In this document: positions 37,696 through 47,132 of the stretch, piece by piece
How the letters are laid out: each line of letters begins with the position of its first letter
Position numbering within the stretch: the first letter of the stretch is position 1
Source: Chitinophagaceae bacterium
GTDB taxonomy: Bacteria; Bacteroidota; Bacteroidia; Chitinophagales; Chitinophagaceae
Assembly (NCBI GenBank): GCA_043780275.1
Contig: JAYWCV010000075.1
Span: forward strand, 1 to 50,556
Reading direction: 5' to 3'
Length of the DNA stretch: 50,556 nucleotides
Translations under genes and position numbers: made by a program
The notes under the pieces: generated by a model
Seen by the model: the letters and a program-made list of their open reading frames with translations, nothing else
Databases searched by the model: none
Told to the model about the DNA's origin: nothing

Positions 37696-38970
37696 TCAAA
37701 TTTGAAGCCCATCCGGAAGAACGGCTCCTTTCTTGATGACAATTATTCCATCCTTAATACTATATAATTTTTCTTCAGCATTTGGCTTGTCTGCTCCTCC
37801 ACGAATGCTTACATCATTTCCAATTCTTACATCCTTATCAATAATAGCATTATGAATACTGCAACGACTACCTATTCCCAACAAAGGGAATCCGTCTTTT
37901 TGAGATTGAATGATTTCTTCCAGGGTTTCGTAATAATCGTTTCCGATAATATAACTGTTGCTGATATTCGTTTCATGACCTATCCTGGAACGTATACCAA
38001 TTACACTATTTGAAATTTTATCAGCATGTATAATGGATCCTTCAGAAATAATGGAATTGATAAATGTAGTACCACTAATTTTTGCCGGGGGCAACATGCG
38101 TGGCCTGGTAAAAATGGCATGGGCATTATCAAATAAATTAAAATCCGGAATCTCTTTTGCCAAACCCAAATTAGCCTCGAAGAAAGAATGGATATTTCCG
38201 ATGTCGGTCCAGTAACCATCATACTGATAACTTACTACTTTTCTTTTCTCGATAGACTCCGGAATAATTTCTTTTCCAAAATCAGTTGCATTTGGTTTTT
38301 CATTTCTTAATAAATCAAATAATAATTTTCGGTTAAAAATATAAATACCCATCGAAGCAAGGTAATTTCTACCGTCATTTTTCATTACCTCACCGGTTTC
38401 ACTCACCCAATCTTTTAATTGTTCAGCAGCTGGTTTTTCAATAAAAGATCGAATAAATCCTTCTTCATCTTTTTTCATTATTCCGAACTCGGTAGCTTCT
38501 TTTGCAGTTACAGGAATTGTTGCAACAGAAATGTCGGCACACAATTTTTTATGATTATCCAGCATCTTATTAAAGTCCATTTGATATAATTGGTCACCAG
38601 ATAAGATCAATATGAACTCACTATTAAACGGCTCAATATGGCGTAACCCTTGTCTGACGGCATCTGCAGTTCCTTCAAACCAGGCCGGACTATCAGGAGT
38701 TTGTTCTGCAGCCAGGATATCGACAAAAGCCGAACTGAATACACTGAAGTGATAGGTGTTTTTAATATGCCGGTTAAGGGAAGCTGAATTGAACTGTGTC
38801 AGTACAAACATCCTGGAGATATTTGAATTCAGGCAATTTGAAATAGGGATATCAACCAGGCGGTACTTGCCCCCAATGGGTACTGCCGGCTTTGAACGGG
38901 TTGCTGTTAATGGATAGAGCCTACTTCCTGCACCACCGCCTAAAATGACTGCTACTATTTCTTTTGACAT
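37696..38970 (-). CDS. glgC: glucose-1-phosphate adenylyltransferase
   Basis: 424-aa ORF with GGGAGSRLYPLTATRSKPAVPIGGKYRLVDIPISNCLNS and a C-terminal left-handed beta-helix repeat region. Confidence 0.95.
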   Translation of the reverse strand: MSKEIVAVILGGGAGSRLYPLTATRSKPAVPIGGKYRLVDIPISNCLNSNISRMFVLTQFNSASLNRHIKNTYHFSVFSSAFVDILAAEQTPDSPAWFEGTADAVRQGLRHIEPFNSEFILILSGDQLYQMDFNKMLDNHKKLCADISVATIPVTAKEATEFGIMKKDEEGFIRSFIEKPAAEQLKDWVSETGEVMKNDGRNYLASMGIYIFNRKLLFDLLRNEKPNATDFGKEIIPESIEKRKVVSYQYDGYWTDIGNIHSFFEANLGLAKEIPDFNLFDNAHAIFTRPRMLPPAKISGTTFINSIISEGSIIHADKISNSVIGIRSRIGHETNISNSYIIGNDYYETLEEIIQSQKDGFPLLGIGSRCSIHNAIIDKDVRIGNDVSIRGGADKPNAEEKLYSIKDGIIVIKKGAVLPDGLQI

Positions 38971-39000
38971 ATGTCTTTGCTTAAAATATTTTTTACTTCT

Positions 39001-40422
39001 TTAAGGTATGAAAAATGATCGATACAGTTCGTCATAGCTTTTTACACTTTTCTCCCAACTATAATCGAGGTTCATCATTTTTTCCCTTACTTTATTGAAT
39101 TTGGCTTTGTCTTCATACAGTTTCAACGATCTGCTTATGGCATGTGTAATGTCTCCGGTATCTGTCTTACTGAAACAAACACCATAACCATCCACATCTT
39201 CAAAATCGATAACGGTATCTTTTAGCCCGCCTGTCTTTCTTACTACCGGCACGGTGCCATATCGCATCGAGTACAATTGATTGAGTCCGCATGGTTCTAC
39301 TCTAGAAGGCATTAATAAAAAATCGGCACCTGCATAAACCAGGTGGCTCAGTTTTTCATTATAACCGATATAGACATCGTAATCATTTTGCGATATTTTT
39401 TTTAAGCCATTCAGACCATCTTCTACTTCTTTTGCACCAGAACCTAAAATTAAAAAGTTCATCTTTCTGCCGATATGAATGAAAGAATCCTGGAATACTT
39501 TTTCCAAAACATCTGCACCTTTTTCTCCAACCAATCTTCCGATAAATGCAAACAAAGGTTTGTCCTCCGAAATTTCAAATGATTTACATAAGGTTTTTTT
39601 ATTTATACGTTTTCCAGCATGTACGGTTTTGCTGTCAAAGTGATGGTCAATATAAGTATCACTGGAAGGATCCCAAACATTGGTATCAATGCCATTTAAA
39701 ATACCTACACATTTTGGAAATTCTACCTGAAACAAAGTTTCTAAACCATTGCTGACTATTCTTAATTCTTCCAGGTAACTTGGACTAACCGTAGTAACCT
39801 TCCAGGCACATTTAACAGCACTGGCTAAAGGGTTGATATTATTTTTCCAATCGAGCAATCCTTTCTTCGAGGAATCCCAATACGGAATGTAGTTTGCTTT
39901 ATCCCATCCCATCCATCCCTGGTATTGTGCATTATGAATGGTTAATACAGATACGGTATTGCTTAATTTTTTAAATACAAAACAATGCTTCATCATAAAA
40001 GGTATCAATCCCGCATGATGATCATGTACATGAATAATATCCGGCAATTTTTTCCAACTCATGATCCAATCCAGGATAGCTATTTGAAAAGCAGTGAACC
40101 GTTCGGTATCGTCATCATACCCATAAACGTTCTCCCTGTCAAGTAATCCAAATATGTCTACCAGGTATAAATCAAATCCAAGTTTCTGCGTTTTTTCTTT
40201 GATGATACTGTAATCATATTTCTTTTCACCTAAATACATGGACGATTTGTAAATCAAATCCCATTCATTGTCATACAGGAATTTAGTCCTGTGCATGGGT
40301 AAAATAACTTTGGCTGTATTGCCTGACAGTTGTTGATACTTAGGTAATGCACCTACCACATCTGCAAGTCCTCCTACTTTAGCCATCGGATAGCATTCGG
40401 CCGAAACATGAACTATTTCCAT
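39001..40422 (-). CDS. glgA: glycogen synthase (GT5)
   Basis: N-terminus MEIVHVSAECYPMAKVGGLADVVGALPK and a C-terminal block of GT5 type (SRVEPCGLNQLYSMRYGTVPVVRKTGGLKDTV). I prefer the ATG at 40422. Confidence 0.95.
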   Translation of the reverse strand: MEIVHVSAECYPMAKVGGLADVVGALPKYQQLSGNTAKVILPMHRTKFLYDNEWDLIYKSSMYLGEKKYDYSIIKEKTQKLGFDLYLVDIFGLLDRENVYGYDDDTERFTAFQIAILDWIMSWKKLPDIIHVHDHHAGLIPFMMKHCFVFKKLSNTVSVLTIHNAQYQGWMGWDKANYIPYWDSSKKGLLDWKNNINPLASAVKCAWKVTTVSPSYLEELRIVSNGLETLFQVEFPKCVGILNGIDTNVWDPSSDTYIDHHFDSKTVHAGKRINKKTLCKSFEISEDKPLFAFIGRLVGEKGADVLEKVFQDSFIHIGRKMNFLILGSGAKEVEDGLNGLKKISQNDYDVYIGYNEKLSHLVYAGADFLLMPSRVEPCGLNQLYSMRYGTVPVVRKTGGLKDTVIDFEDVDGYGVCFSKTDTGDITHAISRSLKLYEDKAKFNKVREKMMNLDYSWEKSVKSYDELYRSFFIP

Positions 40423-40513
40423 CAATAAATTTTAATCTTGTAAGCATTCAATATAACAAGAATATTTTACTGTCAGAAAAATCTATTATTTTCCGTTCTT
40501 AAAATTTTTAAAA

Positions 40514-42196
40514 ATGACATCTGGAAAGCAAGCAACTAACTACAGTGCGTTAAGTACACTCGTCACCGTTTTCTTTTTCTGGGGATTTATTGCGGCCGGA
40601 AATAGCGTCTTTATTCCTTTTTGTAAACATTATTTTGGGCTCGATCAGTTTCAAAGTCAATTGATAGATTTTGCTTTTTATACTGCTTATTATATTGGTG
40701 CTTTGGGCCTGTTTGCATACGGGGCTTATGGCGGAAAAGACTTGGTTGGAAAGTGGGGCTATAAAAAAAGCATTGTTTATGGTTTATTGTTTTCTGCATT
40801 GGGAGCAGTTGCTATGATCATTGCGGTTGAAGGAAATACATTTGCAGGTATGCTTGTGGGATTATTTATTGTTGCGCTGGGTTTTTCTTTGCAGCAAACC
40901 GCCGCTCAACCATTTGCAATTTCATTGGGCGATCCATCAACAGGTACCGGCCGGGTAAATTTGGGTGGTGGTATCAACTCATTTGGTACTACTATCGGAC
41001 CCATTCTGGTTGCCTTCGCACTTTTTGGAACAACTGCAGCCATTACCGATGAAAAAATTGCCTCACTTAGTCTTTCCAAAGTGATTATACTTTATTCCTG
41101 TGTGGGATTACTTTTTATTGGTGCTGCTGCTTTGTTTTTCTTTTCTAAAAAAGTTCCTGCTGGTGTGTTGGAAGAAAAAACAGAAAATGCAAATAAGGCC
41201 TTCTACTCTTTATTAATTATTACAGGATTATTAATCATCATGTTTGTCCCCGTATTTGACAGTTATAAAACAGACATGACCAATGCGACAGCACTTGAAA
41301 AACATGATCTTGAAACGTATCGGATGAAATGGCTATTGGGAGCTTTATTAGTAGTTGTAGGAGGTCTTCTGTTTTCTAACATGAAAGCAAAAAAGAATCC
41401 GATTGGTTGGGGGGCCATGCAATATCCGCAATTGGTGCTGGGTATGCTGGCCATATTCGTTTATGTAGGAGTAGAAGTAACTATTGGAAGTAATTTGAGT
41501 GAACTACTTAAACAACAAAATATGGGTGGATTACAATCTTCGGAAGCTGCACCGTATATTTCTATGTATTGGGGAAGTTTAATGATCGGAAGGTGGGCCG
41601 GTGCAATCAGTGTTTTTAAATTAAGTAAAAACATGAAAAACATATTGCTTTTTGTTGTTCCCATGGTCGCATTTGGAGTCATTCTTGGAATAAACAGCAT
41701 GGCACAATATGACATGACCCCTCTTTATTACTATATTGTCTGTGTATTAATACAGATTGCAGCTTTTTATATCAGCCAGGATAAGCCGGTTAGAACCTTG
41801 CTTATTTTTAGTTCATTGGGCATGTTTGCCATGATGATAGGAATATTTACACATGGTCTGGTTGCAACCTATGCTTTTTTAGCAGGTGGATTATTTTGTA
41901 GTATCATGTGGCCTTGTATTTTCAGTTTATCCATTGCAGGTCTTGGAAAATATACCACACAGGGTTCAGCATTTCTTATCATGATGATCTTAGGTGGAGG
42001 AATCATACCTCCTATTCAGGGGAAATTGGCAGATTATTTACAAACCGGATCTAGCATAGAAGGCTTTGGAATTCATAACTCCTATTGGGTAGCCGTCATT
42101 TGTTTTGCTTACCTGGCTTTCTTTGCGGTATCTGTAAAAAATGTACTTAGAAAGCAGGGCATTGATTATGATGCAGAAATTGCAGTGAGCCATTAA
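40514..42196 (+). CDS. sugar MFS transporter of the FucP/GluP (glucose/galactose or fucose:H+ symporter) type
   Basis: 560-aa ORF with about 12 TM segments and FucP-like N-terminal features. It is followed by a glucokinase gene. Confidence 0.75.
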   Translation: MTSGKQATNYSALSTLVTVFFFWGFIAAGNSVFIPFCKHYFGLDQFQSQLIDFAFYTAYYIGALGLFAYGAYGGKDLVGKWGYKKSIVYGLLFSALGAVAMIIAVEGNTFAGMLVGLFIVALGFSLQQTAAQPFAISLGDPSTGTGRVNLGGGINSFGTTIGPILVAFALFGTTAAITDEKIASLSLSKVIILYSCVGLLFIGAAALFFFSKKVPAGVLEEKTENANKAFYSLLIITGLLIIMFVPVFDSYKTDMTNATALEKHDLETYRMKWLLGALLVVVGGLLFSNMKAKKNPIGWGAMQYPQLVLGMLAIFVYVGVEVTIGSNLSELLKQQNMGGLQSSEAAPYISMYWGSLMIGRWAGAISVFKLSKNMKNILLFVVPMVAFGVILGINSMAQYDMTPLYYYIVCVLIQIAAFYISQDKPVRTLLIFSSLGMFAMMIGIFTHGLVATYAFLAGGLFCSIMWPCIFSLSIAGLGKYTTQGSAFLIMMILGGGIIPPIQGKLADYLQTGSSIEGFGIHNSYWVAVICFAYLAFFAVSVKNVLRKQGIDYDAEIAVSH

Positions 42197-42216
42197 AAAT
42201 ATTTCTTACTAAATTT

Positions 42217-42244
42217 AACAGCCACGATTGAGTGGCTGTTTTAA
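42217..42244 (+). terminator. hairpin between the sugar transporter and the glucokinase gene
   Basis: 9-bp stem AACAGCCAC (42217..42225) / GTGGCTGTT (42232..42240) with a 6-nt loop and a short T-run. Confidence 0.5.
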
Positions 42245-42253
42245 AATAAGCAC

Positions 42254-43219
42254 ATGAATTCAACTAATAAATTTGCCATTGGAATTGATATTGGCGGAAC
42301 GAATACGAAATTTGGGATTGTAGACGAAGCAGGAAATATCCTGGAACAGGATCGCATTTTAACCAATGAACACGAAAGTGTAGAAGAATTTATTGAAGTG
42401 ATCTTTCAGAAACTGAAACCGATGTTAAATCATATCGGGGGAATTAATCAAATCTCCGGAATAGGTATCGGTGCACCCAATGGTAATTTTTATACCGGAA
42501 ATATTGAATATGCCCCAAACCTGGTCTGGAAAGGAATCATTCCATTGGCCAAATTATTTTCTGCAAAATTCAGTGTGCCTGTAAAGTTGACAAACGATGC
42601 AAACGCAGCAGCCATGGGCGAAATGATTCATGGTTGTGCAAAGGGTTTGAAACATTTCATTACCATCACATTGGGAACCGGTGTTGGAAGTGGTATCGTT
42701 ATTGACGGAAAAATTGTTTTAGGGCATGATGGTTTTGCCGGAGAACTCGGTCACACAATTATTCGTCCCGGAGGTAGAATGCATAAAGGAACAGGTATCA
42801 GAGGTACACTTGAATCATACGCATCTGCCACCGGTGTTCGGGAAACTGCTCTTGAATTACTTGCTGATAACCCAAATGAGAAAAGCCTGTTGAGAGATTT
42901 TTCCATCAATGAATTAATCACCAGCAAATCGGTTTATGAATGTGCAATAAAAGGTGACAGCATTGCCAATAAAGTATATGAATACACCGGACAAATTTTA
43001 GGCGAAGCGCTGGCAAACTTTATTATGTTCTCATCTCCCGAAGCTATTGTACTTTTTGGAGGATTAACCAATGCCGGAGATTTAATTCTGAATCCTACCA
43101 AAAGAGCGATGGAAGAAAATTTGATTCAGGTGTTTAAAAATAAAGTACAATTAAAATTTAGTGAGCTGAAAGAAGCTGATGCTGCCATACTTGGTGCCAG
43201 TGCTTTGATTTACGAATGA
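42254..43219 (+). CDS. glk: ROK-family glucokinase
   Basis: 321-aa ORF with the motifs GIDIGGTNTKFG, NDANAAAMGE and GTGVGSGIVIDGK. Confidence 0.85.
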   Translation: MNSTNKFAIGIDIGGTNTKFGIVDEAGNILEQDRILTNEHESVEEFIEVIFQKLKPMLNHIGGINQISGIGIGAPNGNFYTGNIEYAPNLVWKGIIPLAKLFSAKFSVPVKLTNDANAAAMGEMIHGCAKGLKHFITITLGTGVGSGIVIDGKIVLGHDGFAGELGHTIIRPGGRMHKGTGIRGTLESYASATGVRETALELLADNPNEKSLLRDFSINELITSKSVYECAIKGDSIANKVYEYTGQILGEALANFIMFSSPEAIVLFGGLTNAGDLILNPTKRAMEENLIQVFKNKVQLKFSELKEADAAILGASALIYE

Positions 43220-43248
43220 AAAGTTGAAGTAAAAAACCCTAAATAGAA

Positions 43249-43773
43249 TTATTTGATTTTTAAAACGGGCCTTAATTTATAATCACCGGTGCCTTCCTTT
43301 TTTACAGATAATGCGGCATCAAAATCAATGATTATTGTTTCCAGGGTAGCATTTAATGCTTTATTAATTTTAAGTTTTAAACCTGATTCTGAACCGCTCG
43401 GAATCGTTAATGGATAAACAACTCCGGCATCTTTAATTGTATTGTTTGGGCCTAATACAAAACGGATCTCTTTTACAACCTGTGTTGGAAATACACCGGT
43501 ACCTAATAAAGTATCAACTCCATTTTGATAAGCCAGTAAATTGTAAATTCCAGGGTAGGTAGTCAATGTAACCCATCCGCTTGAAGTTGTATCATCTGAG
43601 AATTTCACTCTTACTTCCCGTATATCCACATTTACCTGTTCAAATGCTGTGGGTGCGTCAGTTAAACGCACATGCAATGTTGATTTGCCTTTAGTATCAT
43701 CTTTACTACACGAGATAAAAGCTACAGAGGCAGAAAATAAAATGGCTGATAAGATTAAGATATTCCTTTTCAT
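43249..43773 (-). CDS. DUF4382 domain lipoprotein
   Basis: Lipoprotein signal MKRNILILSAILFSASVAFISC, followed by RLTDAP... and PSGSESGLKLK motifs typical of DUF4382. I prefer the ATG at 43773. Confidence 0.7.
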   Translation of the reverse strand: MKRNILILSAILFSASVAFISCSKDDTKGKSTLHVRLTDAPTAFEQVNVDIREVRVKFSDDTTSSGWVTLTTYPGIYNLLAYQNGVDTLLGTGVFPTQVVKEIRFVLGPNNTIKDAGVVYPLTIPSGSESGLKLKINKALNATLETIIIDFDAALSVKKEGTGDYKLRPVLKIK

Positions 43774-43891
43774 AATTTTAATTTTTTTGTTCAATATGAT
43801 AAATGGAAAATCGTGCCAACAATGAAAATTGTGAGAAAAAAAATATGTTTTGAGTGTTAAAAAAATTATAATAACTCAAAACCCAGAGATA

Positions 43892-44845
43892 TTATAATTT
43901 ATTAATGATAAAAACTGCCGGTACTGCCCGCTGTCCTGCTGCATCAGAAGGTTTGATGGTTTCTTTTCCATTGATCAGCAAACAACTGCTGCCACCTCCA
44001 TCCAGGTTGATCGCTTCCAGGCATCCAAGGTCTTTAAATATTTGTGCTTCCTGATTTAAGGTTGCTCCTTCGGCCAAAAAAGGAAACCTACCCTGAATTA
44101 CAAGTACAATCAATTTGCCGTCTTTCGTATGGCCCATACCGGTTCTTGGATGTTTATCATCAATGGCTTTACCTGCAAATTTCATTTCCTCGTTATTTGT
44201 AATATTAATTTCTCCATGTTGGATTAATACCGGACCACCACCAACAGCGGTTTGCATTTTCCATTTTTTGAAAGAACTATTTCGTTTAACATCTGCAAAT
44301 TCAATTTTATTTATTGAATCATTTTTGGCTTTTACGATTTGCTGACTGGCATAAGGAAACTGTTTTAGTGAGTCGGTAAAAAGCCAGGCGACATCTGCTT
44401 TTCTATTTTTAGAAATGCCTATTGCACTGCCAAACACGTGACTGAACATGAGCGTATCCTTTCCTTTCAACGCAGTGGAATGGACATTATAACTGTATAG
44501 GCTTCTGTTATTCATCACAACATTTAAATTCTGGTTAGTGGCAAAAGAAAAAAAAGTTGTGTTTACTACAAGGATTGGTTGATTATTTTTTTCAAAAAAC
44601 TGGTTGGGAGTTAATCTTCTATTAAAGCTTGTATCAGCAATGAAACTCAAATTTTTATCATTCAAATCAGCTTCTACATAAAAAGCAATATTAGATTTGT
44701 CCCCAATCTTAGATTCGGTTTTGTAAACATGTACCGACTTTGGAAGTGGCTGAAACAAACTGTCTACATTCTGCCAGATTAGTTGGCTATAACAACAAGG
44801 AGTAATACCGATCAGTATCACTCCGAATAAAAAAGATTTAATCAT
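43892..44845 (-). CDS. phosphodiester glycosidase family protein (DUF2233)
   Basis: The C-terminal motif NLDGGGSS is present. I prefer the ATG at 44845, which gives signal peptide MIKSFLFGVILIGITPCCYSQ and removes a 101-nt overlap with lipA. Confidence 0.75.
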   Translation of the reverse strand: MIKSFLFGVILIGITPCCYSQLIWQNVDSLFQPLPKSVHVYKTESKIGDKSNIAFYVEADLNDKNLSFIADTSFNRRLTPNQFFEKNNQPILVVNTTFFSFATNQNLNVVMNNRSLYSYNVHSTALKGKDTLMFSHVFGSAIGISKNRKADVAWLFTDSLKQFPYASQQIVKAKNDSINKIEFADVKRNSSFKKWKMQTAVGGGPVLIQHGEINITNNEEMKFAGKAIDDKHPRTGMGHTKDGKLIVLVIQGRFPFLAEGATLNQEAQIFKDLGCLEAINLDGGGSSCLLINGKETIKPSDAAGQRAVPAVFIINKL

Positions 44846-44852
44846 ATAATAA

Positions 44853-45782
44853 TTATACGGCTGTTGAAAATTTTGCTGCTTCCCATTCTTTTCTTCCAAG
44901 GCCCGGGAATACATGTCTTTCGCTGTGGTAAGATGATCGAACCAAGGGTCCACTTTCTACATAATCTAATCCGATACTGTACCCAAATTCACGGAGTTCG
45001 GCAAACTCGTCAGGATGTACAAATCGTACAACAGCTAAATGTTTTTTTGTAGGCTGCAAATATTGTCCAATCGTAATTACATCGGTGCCGGCATTATACA
45101 AGTCCTTTATGGTTTGTTTCACTTCATCCAATGATTCCCCAAGACCCAGCATGATGCCACTTTTGGTACGCATGCCGCCATCTTTCAAAGTTTTGATAAC
45201 ATCCATACTCCGCCAGTATTTTGCCTGTATTCGAACCTGTCGGGTTAATCTTTCAACTGTTTCAATATTATGCGAAACTACTTCAGGAGCAGCTTCTATT
45301 ATTCTTTGAATATTTTCTTTCTCTCCTTTAAAATCAGGAATCAAGGTTTCTAAAGTGGTATCCGGATTTAAAGATTTGACTGCTTTAATGGTATTATACC
45401 AAATAATTGATCCGCCATCTTTTATTTCATCTCTATCAACAGATGTAATAACAGCATGTTTCACTTTCATTAGGTTTATTGCTTCGGCTACACGCTGAGG
45501 TTCATCCCAGTCAATCGGATCGGGACGACCAGTTGAAACAGCACAAAAACCACAACTACGGGTACAAGTATTACCTAAAATCATAAATGTTGCTGTGCCT
45601 TCGCCCCAACATTCACCCATATTAGGGCAATTACCGCTTTCGCAAATGGTATGTAATTTATGCTTGTCTACCAGGCCACGTACATGTTTATAGCTTTCGC
45701 CGATGGGGAGTTTAACTCTTAGCCAGTCTGGTTTTTTAAGCTTTGCCTCTACTACACCCGAAATAACCGGAAGTTCTATCAT
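44853..45782 (-). CDS. lipA: lipoyl synthase
   Basis: Radical-SAM motif [10 protein letters not shown] plus the N-terminal cluster motif [14 protein letters not shown] prefer the ATG at 45782. The longest ORF starts at a TTG at 45818. Confidence 0.95.
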   Translation of the reverse strand: MIELPVISGVVEAKLKKPDWLRVKLPIGESYKHVRGLVDKHKLHTICESGNCPNMGECWGEGTATFMILGNTCTRSCGFCAVSTGRPDPIDWDEPQRVAEAINLMKVKHAVITSVDRDEIKDGGSIIWYNTIKAVKSLNPDTTLETLIPDFKGEKENIQRIIEAAPEVVSHNIETVERLTRQVRIQAKYWRSMDVIKTLKDGGMRTKSGIMLGLGESLDEVKQTIKDLYNAGTDVITIGQYLQPTKKHLAVVRFVHPDEFAELREFGYSIGLDYVESGPLVRSSYHSERHVFPGLGRKEWEAAKFSTAV

Positions 45783-45857
45783 ACCTAAAAATTCAGATTT
45801 TTTGAATGATGAAAACAATTAAAACGTATTCTTAATTAGTTTCGTTGAAAATGTGGA

Positions 45858-45865
45858 CAAAAATA
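45858..45865 (-). promoter_or_regulatory. -7 box TATTTTTG upstream of lipA
   Basis: Exact TAnnTTTG match, ending 39 nt before the TTG at 45818 and 75 nt before the ATG at 45782. Confidence 0.3.
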
Positions 45866-45871
45866 AGCCGA

Positions 45872-46663
45872 TTACTTTCGGTGACCAAACAGGATTGCAA
45901 TATGTCCCTGAAAGAATAGTTGTTGCTCTTTTGAATGAGCCATGATGGGAATTTTATCTCCATATGCTTCTATACTAAGGCCAAGTTCTATGCCGGAAAC
46001 TACTTCGTTGAAACGGCCATAATCAAAACGCAGAGCCCCTTTAGCATAAACTCCTGGTTTAAATTCTATTTCATTCCAACCTTTATCAAATCCTCCGCCA
46101 CCAATTATGAAACCATTCAGGAATGCCGTACTATCTTGTTTATAACTGATGAATTTTGCCGTATTACCCTGCGTTTGTACTTCCAAATAATATGGTCGCA
46201 ACATACCAATAGTAAGTCCACCGGAATAAACTGCTGACACAGCAATGCCATTTTTGTTTCCTTTCTGTCCCAACATACGCTGTTGTCCAAATCCCAGTTT
46301 AAGTTGGTAGAAATTATTTATTTTACCATAGATATAGGGGTTACCAAAAGTAAAGCTGCCGTTTGGTAATTTATCTTCTTTTAAATGTTTGATTTCAGAA
46401 AATTCAAATCCAAATATATTTGAACTGGTTAGGGATTTCATTTTTCCTTTTTCATAATTAAACCCATATCCATTTGACCGAAGGAATATGCCGAATATAC
46501 TTTGTTTGGAAAAAACCAACACTCCTTCTTCTTCCTGCCTGATCATTGCATTAATTTTTTCTCTTTTTTCTGCTTTTTTCTGCTCCTTTTTTTCCTTTGC
46601 ATCCTGAGCATATAAGCTACATGTAAAAGATGTTAATATAAAAAGTATAAAGAGTTTTTTCAT
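45872..46663 (-). CDS. hypothetical secreted or outer-membrane protein
   Basis: 263-aa ORF with signal peptide MKKLFILFILTSFTCSLYAQ, a Lys/Glu-rich linker, and then a Gly/aromatic-rich beta-type sequence. Confidence 0.6.
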   Translation of the reverse strand: MKKLFILFILTSFTCSLYAQDAKEKKEQKKAEKREKINAMIRQEEEGVLVFSKQSIFGIFLRSNGYGFNYEKGKMKSLTSSNIFGFEFSEIKHLKEDKLPNGSFTFGNPYIYGKINNFYQLKLGFGQQRMLGQKGNKNGIAVSAVYSGGLTIGMLRPYYLEVQTQGNTAKFISYKQDSTAFLNGFIIGGGGFDKGWNEIEFKPGVYAKGALRFDYGRFNEVVSGIELGLSIEAYGDKIPIMAHSKEQQLFFQGHIAILFGHRK

Positions 46664-46715
46664 GGTATATTACTTGGTGAATTATTACTGACGTAAATTT
46701 AGGCAAAAATTAGTA

Positions 46716-47132
46716 ATGACATCAACGGTAATTTATAAAGGGGAGTTAAGAACTACCTGCACACATCTTCAATCAGGATCCAGTTTCGATACAGATGCCC
46801 CGGTTGATAATTATGGGAAGGGAGAACGGTTTTCGCCAACCGATCTGATGGCCACTTCTCTGGCAACCTGTATGGTTACGGTAATGGGTATTAAAGCCAA
46901 TACCATGAATATTGATTTGACGGGTATCAAAATAGACGTAGAAAAAATTATGATAGCAAATCCCAGGAGGATTGGCGCAATAAACCTGACATTTCATTTA
47001 CCGGATTCATTATCCACTTTGGACGAAAAAACAAAAGTGATCTTCATTAATACAGCCAATACCTGTCCGGTACAATTAAGTCTGCATCCGGAAATTGCCG
47101 TAAAAGTTGATTGGGGAACCTGGGGCGAATAA
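46716..47132 (+). CDS. OsmC-family peroxiredoxin-like protein
   Basis: 138-aa ORF with the two conserved Cys contexts (LATCMVTVM and NTCPV) typical of OsmC/Ohr-fold proteins. Confidence 0.8.
   Translation: MTSTVIYKGELRTTCTHLQSGSSFDTDAPVDNYGKGERFSPTDLMATSLATCMVTVMGIKANTMNIDLTGIKIDVEKIMIANPRRIGAINLTFHLPDSLSTLDEKTKVIFINTANTCPVQLSLHPEIAVKVDWGTWGE

Noticed and set aside
44846-44953. A 101-nt overlap between the DUF2233 ORF and the 3' end of lipA
   Set aside because: The internal ATG at 44845 yields a clean signal peptide (MIKSFLFGVILIGITPCCYSQ) and leaves a 7-nt gap to the lipA stop. The extension is a longest-ORF artefact.
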